Of a stretch of DNA of 64,000 nucleotides, positions 57,289 to 64,000 are shown piece after piece. How positions within the stretch are numbered: position 1 is the first letter of the stretch; each line of letters opens with the position of its first letter. The translations under genes and the position numbers were made by a program. Source of the stretch: Candidatus Sulfobium sp. (GTDB taxonomy: Bacteria; Nitrospirota; Thermodesulfovibrionia; Thermodesulfovibrionales; UBA6898); NCBI GenBank assembly GCA_037380845.1, contig JARRRI010000006.1, forward strand, positions 12,782 to 76,781, in the 5' to 3' direction. The notes under the pieces are model-generated. The model was not told the origin of the DNA. It ran no database searches and saw nothing but the letters and a program-made list of their open reading frames with translations.

Positions 57289-57828
57289 ATGACCGCCTTT
57301 AGACGCGGCATATCTAAGGATTGTCGTATTGGAATATGCTTGAAGCGAATTTACACGCGGAAGCGGCGCCTTCTCATCTTCATTGCTGCATTGGCTGTCT
57401 CTCTTGGCACATCTCAATGGAGTCCGTTGCCGCAATTACTGAGTTCACAGTCTACAGCTGTTGCAGCAGAACAGTCGAAGACAGGCGATGCTCCTCAAGC
57501 ACTGGGGGCCCGACTTTATGGCGAAAAATGCGCGGGCTGTCATGGGACCAAGGGGAAAGGTATACCGAAACTTTTTCCGCCTCTTGCAGGGGACCCTGTG
57601 GTCACCGCGAAAAATGCGCACTATGTCATTCGGGCCGTTCTTTTCGGGATGCAGGGCTCGATCATCGGCGGGCTCACATATGAGGTGCGTATGCCTCCCT
57701 GGGCCGGTCAGCTATCCGACGAGGAGGTCGCCGCAGTCATAAATCACATCAGATCAAACTGGGGGAATGACGCCCCTGCCGTCAGCCCGGCAGAGGTTGC
57801 GAAGGTCCGGAGCGAGGGGCCTCCTTAA
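57289..57828 (+). CDS. Monoheme class I c-type cytochrome
   Basis: CAGCH, FPPLAG, MPPW (Met ligand) and IRSNWGN, with an AGGAGG RBS. Confidence 0.85.
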   Translation: MTAFRRGISKDCRIGICLKRIYTRKRRLLIFIAALAVSLGTSQWSPLPQLLSSQSTAVAAEQSKTGDAPQALGARLYGEKCAGCHGTKGKGIPKLFPPLAGDPVVTAKNAHYVIRAVLFGMQGSIIGGLTYEVRMPPWAGQLSDEEVAAVINHIRSNWGNDAPAVSPAEVAKVRSEGPP

Positions 57829-57852
57829 AGAGAAGTTTTACGGCAGGGATGG

Positions 57853-58740
57853 ATGAAAAGATTCAGCGGCGGGCCTCTCGCAAGGAAGGTTTTTATTGCT
57901 TTGTCTGCCTTATTCGCGGTTATTCTGCCGGACCCGTCATTTGCGGTTTCGCAGTCATACTGCTTTTCCTGTCACGGTCATAAAGGGTTTCCAGGCGGCT
58001 ATGTGGACCAGACCCGATATGAGGAATCGGTACATGGCACGCGTCCCTGCAGCGGCTGCCACCTCGACGTTGTCTAAGACATAAAAAACGCCCCTATTTG
58101 TCAGACCTGCCACGGCTCGCACTACATTCTGCCCCCGCAGAATCCGAAGTCCCGGGTAAACCGGAAAAATATTCCCCGCCTTTGCTCTCAGTGCCATGAA
58201 AGACAGTATGATCGGTACATGAAAAGCATTCACGCCAGGGCTTTCTTTCAAATGAAGGTAGAAAAGGCCGCGGTATGTTACGACTGTCATGAAGAACACC
58301 GCGTGCCCAACGTGACGCAGCCCCGCTGGAAGCTGTGGCTGGTGAAGGAATGCGGTTCCTGCCATCGGCGGGAGCTGGCCACATACAGAGATACCATACA
58401 CGGTGAGATCAGTCGTCTCGGCTATACGACGGTGGCGAGGTGTCCCGACTGTCATGGCCATCACGACATTCTGCCTCCGTCGAATCCGGCTTCCACTCTG
58501 TTTTTCGGCCCGAACAGGGTCCATACCTGCAAAAAGTGTCATCCCTCGGCTACGGTGCGCTTTACGGAATATTATGCACACCCGGACATGCATGACAGGA
58601 CGAGGTACCCGATGCTCTACTACACCTATCTCTTCATGTCGGTCCTTATTTTTGGTGTTTTCAGTTTCTTCTCGGTTCACACTTTTCTCTGGGCTTATCG
58701 CTCCGTGAAGGAACGCCACGAAGCGAAGGAGAAGAAATGA
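57853..58740 (+). pseudogene. Membrane-anchored multiheme cytochrome c (8 visible CxxCH) interrupted by an in-frame TAA at 58075-58077
   Basis: Signal peptide, CFSCH and CSGCH, then TAA, then in the same frame CQTCH, CSQCH, CYDCH, CGSCH, CPDCH and CKKCH, and a C-terminal TM containing His. Confidence 0.8.
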
Positions 58741-59573
58741 CGGAGAGGGAAGGCGGGGGGACCTATGTAAGAAGACTGATACCTTACCACAGGGTTCTTC
58801 ACGTGTTTGTTCAACTCAGCTTCTTCGGCCTGGTGTCGACAGGTATGCCGCTGAAATACTCGGACGCGCCCTGGGCGTCATGGATAATGAAGTTCTGGGG
58901 CGGCTACCAGAATGCAGGATTTATCCACAGGATTTGCGCCTCTGTAACTTTTGGGTACTTCATAGCTCACTTGCTTTTCGTTCTTTACTATGTAGGTCGT
59001 GTCAAGAAGTTCAGGTTTGCACCTTTTGGTCCCGATTCCATGATTCCGAGGCCCAAAGATTTCAGAGATATTTACGGAAGTTTTCGGTGGTTTCTGGGCG
59101 TTTCACCGCGGCCCCGGTTCGACAGATGGACCTACTGGGAGAAATTCGACTACTGGGCGGTATTCTGGGGGGTAGGAATAATCGGGGGCTCCGGTCTGCT
59201 TCTCTGGTTCAAGGAATTCTTCGGCCAGTTTCTGCCGGGCTACATTTTCAATATCGCCACCATAGTCCATGGAGAAGAGGCGCTGCTGGCCGCTGCTTTC
59301 ATTTTTACCATACACTTTTTCAATACCCACATGAGGCCTGAAAAATTTACCATGGATACCGTCATGTTTACCGGACGACTTAGCATGGATGAGTTCCGGC
59401 GGGAGAGGCCCCTGGAATACAAGCGACTTGAGGAAAGGGGGGATCTCGATAAGTATCGTACAAAACCTCCGTCGGGATTGCTATTGTGTATATCGATACC
59501 CTACGGCGTTTTTCTGCTTCTCTTCGGATTCTTCCTGCTGGTCCTGATCCTGCTCGGCCAATTTGTCTATTAG
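58737..59573 (+). CDS. FdnI/HydC-like diheme cytochrome b
   Basis: HRVLH, IHRICA, RFDRWTYWEKFDYWAVFWG and HGEEALLA..FIFTIHFFNTH. Overlaps the stop codon of the multiheme gene. Confidence 0.88.
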   Translation: MTEREGGGTYVRRLIPYHRVLHVFVQLSFFGLVSTGMPLKYSDAPWASWIMKFWGGYQNAGFIHRICASVTFGYFIAHLLFVLYYVGRVKKFRFAPFGPDSMIPRPKDFRDIYGSFRWFLGVSPRPRFDRWTYWEKFDYWAVFWGVGIIGGSGLLLWFKEFFGQFLPGYIFNIATIVHGEEALLAAAFIFTIHFFNTHMRPEKFTMDTVMFTGRLSMDEFRRERPLEYKRLEERGDLDKYRTKPPSGLLLCISIPYGVFLLLFGFFLLVLILLGQFVY

Positions 59574-59633
59574 TGTCCGGAGTCACATTTGACAAATAAT
59601 TCCTTCCGCCCTTAGATTATTTCCTGAACGATC

Positions 59634-60881
59634 ATGACTAACCGCAGGCAGATAATAAGCTGGTGTCTCTTCGACTTTGCAAATTCGAGCTATTCCGCTG
59701 TAGTTGCAGCTGTGGTGTTTCCGGTGTACTACGTTTCGGTGGTCGTTGGAAACAATACGGGGCATGGGGATTTATGGTGGGGGAGGGCTATATCGGCGAG
59801 CATGGCCTTTGTGGCCCTTACTTCGCCCTTTCTAGGTGGGATCGCCGACTACGGCGGGAGGCGAAAGAGGTTTCTCCTCTTCTATACGCTATTATGTGTG
59901 TTCTCGGTGGCCGCTTTTTCTTTCCTGGGAAAGGGTGCCGTTTTCAGGGGCTTCCTCCTCGTTACAGCGGCAAATATCGGGATGGAGGGAGGACTGGTAT
60001 TTTATAACTCTTTTCTGCCGGAGATCGCCGATAAGGAACGTCAGGGGAGGTTATCGGGCTGGGGATACGGCCTGGGTTATGCCGGATCGATCCTCTCGCT
60101 TCTTATGGCCATCCCTCTTGTGAGGGGCGGCAACTATCACGGGACGTGGTTAATGGTCTCGGTCTTCTTTCTTGTTTTTTCGATGCCCGCTTTTATCTTC
60201 CTCCCGCCGGATCGCGGAACCGGGGCATCTGCTATCGACGGAGCGGTGAGGGGGGGAACCTATGCCTGGAATACGCTCAAGGTTATTTTGAGGACAAAGG
60301 GGATACGCAGGTTTCTGCTTGCCTTTCTCATTTACCAGGACGGAGTAAATACTGTAGTTGTATTTTCGAGCATATTTGCTGCGACTACACTCAAGTTTAC
60401 TGTGGGGCAGCTGATTGTTTTGTACGTGCTGGTCCAGTTCAGCGCCCTGGCGGGATCGTTCCTTCTTGCCAAACCCATAGACGTGGCGGGTCCGAAGAAG
60501 ATCGTGATGCTGTCATTGGTGCTCTGGTCCTTTGTGGCGGTCACCGCCTTTTTTATCCACCAAAAGGTATACTTTATGGTCCTGGCTGCCGTGGCAGGCC
60601 TCGGACTGGGGACTGTGCAGGCCGCAAGCCGTGCATTTTTTACACAGTTCATACCCGCAGGCCATGAAAGTGAATATTTCGGCACATACTCTTTTGTAGG
60701 AAAAACGTCTGCCATAGCGGGCCCGCTACTGTTCGGATATCTGTCGGAGACGTTCAGAAGCCAGCGTCCGGCGATACTTTCCGTAGCCTCTTTTTTTATT
60801 ATCGGCCTCCTTCTGATACGTTCGGTCAGGGGCGGAGGGCCGAACATTAAAAGCGACAGTGCCGGCAGCCGGAAAATGTGA
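59634..60881 (+). CDS. MFS transporter (UMF1/ATG22-like)
   Basis: WCLFDFANS, FYNSFLP and about 12 TM segments. Confidence 0.85.
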   Translation: MTNRRQIISWCLFDFANSSYSAVVAAVVFPVYYVSVVVGNNTGHGDLWWGRAISASMAFVALTSPFLGGIADYGGRRKRFLLFYTLLCVFSVAAFSFLGKGAVFRGFLLVTAANIGMEGGLVFYNSFLPEIADKERQGRLSGWGYGLGYAGSILSLLMAIPLVRGGNYHGTWLMVSVFFLVFSMPAFIFLPPDRGTGASAIDGAVRGGTYAWNTLKVILRTKGIRRFLLAFLIYQDGVNTVVVFSSIFAATTLKFTVGQLIVLYVLVQFSALAGSFLLAKPIDVAGPKKIVMLSLVLWSFVAVTAFFIHQKVYFMVLAAVAGLGLGTVQAASRAFFTQFIPAGHESEYFGTYSFVGKTSAIAGPLLFGYLSETFRSQRPAILSVASFFIIGLLLIRSVRGGGPNIKSDSAGSRKM

Positions 60882-61078
60882 AACATTCCACAAAGCGTAA
60901 AAGCTGCAAAAACAGGGGACATCGTCCCGGGGTAAGCTGAAGTCTGCGTATGCAGTGCGGCTCGTGCGAACTAACCGCTTGCACTACTTAACTGAGCGCC
61001 TGCTTCTCTTGCATAGCAAAATCCTGATGATATACTGGAATAGAACATTTCTCGCAGACGAAACGGGGGTGGTATTTA

Positions 61079-62440
61079 ATGAAAGAATACGATGCAGTGG
61101 TTGTCGGGGCAGGCGATGTCGGCCTGGGAATTGTTTTTAGTGCCCTGGCCGACGATATGCGCGTCGCTCTTATCGAAAGGAGGGATGTCGGGGGGACCTG
61201 TGTCAACGTGGGCTGCGTTCCGTCGAAGACGCTTATATTTGCCGCTGACAGGGTGATGGAAATAAGAGAGGCGGGGAAGCTGGGGATAGCGGCCGATATC
61301 AAAAATATAGATTTCAACTCGGTAATGAAGAGGATGAGAGAGGCAGTCGACTTCGGCCGCAACTCGATAAGGGAGGCCCTGGAAAGCTCGGCCAACCTCG
61401 ATTTCTACCACGGCGAAGGACGCTTCGTCGATCACTATACCCTTGAAGTGAAAGATGAAAGAATCAAGGGTAGGAAGATATTCATCGCCTCGGGTACGCG
61501 GCCCTTCATCCCCCCTGTAAAAGGACTCGATGGAGTCAATTACCTGACAAATGAGACCCTTCTCAAACTGGAGAAGAAACCCGACAGCATGATCATTATC
61601 GGGGGCGGCTATATAGGTGTGGAATACGCGCATTTTTTCGAGGCCATGGGTACGGCCATAACCCTGGCGGAGAAAGGACCTCATCTGGTACTTCATGAGG
61701 AACCCGAGATTTCGGAACTCCTCAAAAAGGAATTGAAGAGGCGTATGAAGGTGCTTACAGGTGCTGAAGTCGTGGAAGTGAAAAGGGGAAGGAGTGGATA
61801 TATAGTTGTGGTCAGGAGCGATGAGGGAGGCACGGAAGAGCTGATGGGAGATGAGGTCCTCATCGCCGTGGGAAGGAAATCCAACGCCGACCTGTTGGAT
61901 ATTGAAAAGACAGGTCTGCAGGCCGGCAGGGCAAATTTTATCGACGTGAACGACTACCTTGAAACAGGCAGGGAGAACATCTGGGCCGTTGGGGATGCCA
62001 TCGGCAGGCAGATGTTCACCCATGCCGGCGACAAAGAGGCCGAGGTTGCATGGCACAATGCCACTCATGAGGAAAAATTAAGGATGGATTTCGTTAATGT
62101 TCCACACGCGGTCTTTACTTATCCCCAGATTGCATCCGTGGGCCTGACAGAAGAGAAGGCCAGGGAGGGACACGCCGTCCTTGTAGGGAGAGCGAAATAT
62201 TCCGATACCGTAAAAGGGACGGCGATGGTCGAGCATGAGGGCTTTGCCAAAGCGGTTGTCGAAAAGGAGACAGGAAGAATCCTCGGCTTCCATATCATCG
62301 GGCCCTACGCGCCCATTCTAATCCAGGAAGTCGTAAATGCGATGATCCATGACAATGATGTAAGTTACATCAGCGAAAGCATGCATATATTTCCCGCCCT
62401 TTCCGGGTTGATAACAGAGACGCTGGAGAACCTGGAATGA
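61079..62440 (+). CDS. Pyridine nucleotide-disulfide oxidoreductase (dihydrolipoamide dehydrogenase/mycothione reductase-like)
   Basis: GGTCVNVGCVPSK, GGGYIG, WAVGD and HIFPALS. Confidence 0.88.
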   Translation: MKEYDAVVVGAGDVGLGIVFSALADDMRVALIERRDVGGTCVNVGCVPSKTLIFAADRVMEIREAGKLGIAADIKNIDFNSVMKRMREAVDFGRNSIREALESSANLDFYHGEGRFVDHYTLEVKDERIKGRKIFIASGTRPFIPPVKGLDGVNYLTNETLLKLEKKPDSMIIIGGGYIGVEYAHFFEAMGTAITLAEKGPHLVLHEEPEISELLKKELKRRMKVLTGAEVVEVKRGRSGYIVVVRSDEGGTEELMGDEVLIAVGRKSNADLLDIEKTGLQAGRANFIDVNDYLETGRENIWAVGDAIGRQMFTHAGDKEAEVAWHNATHEEKLRMDFVNVPHAVFTYPQIASVGLTEEKAREGHAVLVGRAKYSDTVKGTAMVEHEGFAKAVVEKETGRILGFHIIGPYAPILIQEVVNAMIHDNDVSYISESMHIFPALSGLITETLENLE

Positions 62441-62539
62441 GGCACTACCTTCGGAACCACCCCGCTGACTGAAAACGTCGAGGGCCGGTTCCGGGAATGT
62501 GACGGCGTCAGATACAATCCCAGACTCTTCAGCCGCGCA

Positions 62540-63415
62540 CTAGGGGGCTATTATGGCCGCCTTTATTCCCTTGTTGTGGCATGACAGGCAGAGGTTACTG
62601 TTCATGTTGCTGACGTAGAGCAGTTTCTCACCCGTGTTGCCCTTGTTGTGGACGGCGTGGCAGGTGGAGCATTCCATCTTGCCGTTCCAGAGCAGCTGGG
62701 ACACCGGGACGATATTCGTTCCGCCGTCAAGCGACTGGTCGAACACGGCCGTATCGGCCTGGTAAATCTCATAGTCGACGGCCGCAACAGACGCATAATC
62801 GAAGCCTATGAGATGGTGGTTCGCGAGGTAGCCCTGCGCACCTATTTTGTACTCGGGCGTGATCGTGGTGCCGCCTGCGCTCTGCGACTTGGTACTCTGC
62901 GGGAAATGGCCGTATTCGTTGACGGCGATGGATCCGTCATGGCAGCTCAGGCAGAGGAGCGAGGCTGCGCCGATCTTGTCGAAGTAATCGATCGCCTGCG
63001 AACGCTTTGCGCCTTCGCTCGGCTCGCCGGGACCGTTATAGTAGGGCTGGAATACCGTCGTCGTGATCGTATGGTTCCAAAGCGGCAGATACGTCGCGTT
63101 GGCCGGTGCGAGCGGCCCGCTGCCCGTAGCGCCGGCAGTAGTGAGCCTGTAAGTATGGTGCGGCGCGTGACAGAAAATACAGATCCTGTCGAGATAGTCA
63201 TTAGGATTGGACTGGTATAAACCCAACTGGGTATTTGCCCTGCGAAGGTCGTGGACCGTTCCGTTGATACCGGCACCTGCAGTGCCGACCTCGCCATATT
63301 GACCTGCATTCAGGCCATACTCGCCTGTATACGGCGATGAGATAGCGAACGCTGTGGTCGCCGCCGTCAATACCGCCACAGCGATGCACAGCGCAATTCT
63401 TGAAAGTCTCTTCAC
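62540..63415 (-). CDS. Secreted tetraheme c-type cytochrome, OmcE-like
   Basis: Signal peptide AFA, then HDL, ICIFCHAPH, PLWN, SLLCLSCHDG, LANHH, ECSTCHAVH and LCLSCHNK. Confidence 0.8.
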   Translation of the reverse strand: MKRLSRIALCIAVAVLTAATTAFAISSPYTGEYGLNAGQYGEVGTAGAGINGTVHDLRRANTQLGLYQSNPNDYLDRICIFCHAPHHTYRLTTAGATGSGPLAPANATYLPLWNHTITTTVFQPYYNGPGEPSEGAKRSQAIDYFDKIGAASLLCLSCHDGSIAVNEYGHFPQSTKSQSAGGTTITPEYKIGAQGYLANHHLIGFDYASVAAVDYEIYQADTAVFDQSLDGGTNIVPVSQLLWNGKMECSTCHAVHNKGNTGEKLLYVSNMNSNLCLSCHNKGIKAAIIAP

Positions 63416-63629
63416 TGCTTTCCCCCTCGGGCTTTCGCTTCGGCACTACGCTGTTGAGATCGCAGACGCGTTGGCGTCTCTTAACCGGGCCCGGCGGCTA
63501 CTGCGCCGGGATTCCTGCAATCACCTCCTTTACGGGCAGTCAGCGCTCATACCTGCAATAGAGCTTCGCATGTCCCGCTAACTGACGGGCCTCCTGCTTC
63601 CGTCCACCCAGGGAAGAAAATCCCCGCGC

Positions 63630-63673
63630 AAAAAAGCCGAGATACCAGAGTTTCTTTCCTTCGGCAGCTCGGC
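63630..63673 (-). terminator. Intrinsic terminator forming the riboswitch expression platform
   Basis: Minus strand GCCGAGCUGCCG...UGGUAUCUCGGC-UUUUUU. Its left arm is the 3' strand of the aptamer. Confidence 0.7.
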
Positions 63674-63738
63674 CATCTTACCCAAGAGCCGGCGCTTTCC
63701 GCCCCGTCCTCGCGGACGGTTAGGCTTTGTCGAGGATT
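63656..63738 (-). ncRNA. GEMM-I (cyclic di-GMP-I class) riboswitch
   Basis: Minus strand UCCUCGACAAAGCCUAACCGUCC-GCGA-GGACGGGGCGGAAAGCGCCGGCUCUU...AAGAUGGCCGAGCUGCCGAAGGA. It shows a GNRA-capped P2, a CGGAAAG junction and a P1 closing stem. Confidence 0.88.
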
Positions 63739-63754
63739 CTGTCCTCCTAACTTG

Positions 63755-63783
63755 CTTATACCATGAAAGGACGAACCTGTCAA
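63755..63783 (-). promoter_or_regulatory. Sigma70 promoter upstream of the riboswitch
   Basis: TTGACA-17 nt-TATAAG with an extended TG on the minus strand. Confidence 0.7.
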
Positions 63784-64000
63784 TTGCGTTTTGAGCGGCT
63801 GTAATCGGGAACGACGAAAGAACAGGTCTTGCGCAAAAGCACCGATGGCCTTACTTCCCCCGGCCGGAACCTCTTCAGGTATCATACGGTGACATCAAGG
63901 GTTTCGCCTGTATCGGTCAAATCATCGACCGGCAGGACTTTTTTCCCGGCTATCTTTATGTTTAGAGGATATTTGACGAATGCCCTTTCCTCTTTTCAGC
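63780..64000 (-). pseudogene. Phosphoribosyltransferase, 3' part (degraded)
   Basis: GKKVLPVDDLTDTGETL PRPP loop, then an in-frame TGA at 63882-63884, YLKRFRPGEVR...PDY and an early stop. The gene runs off the window. Confidence 0.7.

Noticed and set aside
58075..58077. TAA in the multiheme cytochrome as programmed read-through
   Set aside because: It is not at a conserved Cys/His position and an expected spacer is missing. A deletion junction is simpler.
63882..63884. In-frame TGA in the phosphoribosyltransferase as a third Sec codon
   Set aside because: It is not at a Cys-type position, and the surrounding sequence is degraded (VLPVDD, early second stop). This fits a pseudogene.

Overview
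The window is 64 kb of a moderately GC-rich anaerobic bacterium. Gene style suggests Nitrospirota/Thermodesulfovibrionia or a Desulfobacterota-like lineage (inference only). Contents from left to right: a pyruvoyl-type histidine decarboxylase and a USP; two RND efflux operons; housekeeping genes (rluD, rluB, aspS, xerD, nfi, lspA); a 7-repeat beta-propeller; CheB/CheR plus a PAS kinase; a Wood-Ljungdahl carbonyl-branch cluster (acsE-D-C-B-cooS) running directly into a four-gene HydABC/NuoEFG-like module that has a CBS fusion and no catalytic centre; and a group 1 [NiFe]-hydrogenase/cytochrome island. Highlights that the ORF track misses: (1) The hydrogenase large subunit is one reading frame (54860-56569) in which BOTH N-terminal Ni-ligand Cys codons are TGA (R-I-U-G-V-U), followed by a SECIS-like hairpin. 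The C-terminal DPCxxC, the usual Sec site, stays Cys. (2) An unannotated 62-aa zinc-ribbon protein ends GGG-U-SPRGC and has its own SECIS-like hairpin. (3) An OmcE-like tetraheme cytochrome lies behind a GEMM-I (c-di-GMP-I type) riboswitch, near a split CbcL-like cytochrome c/b pair, suggesting an H2-to-extracellular-electron-transfer island. Several genes carry short internal deletions or frameshifts, so read-level validation is needed.
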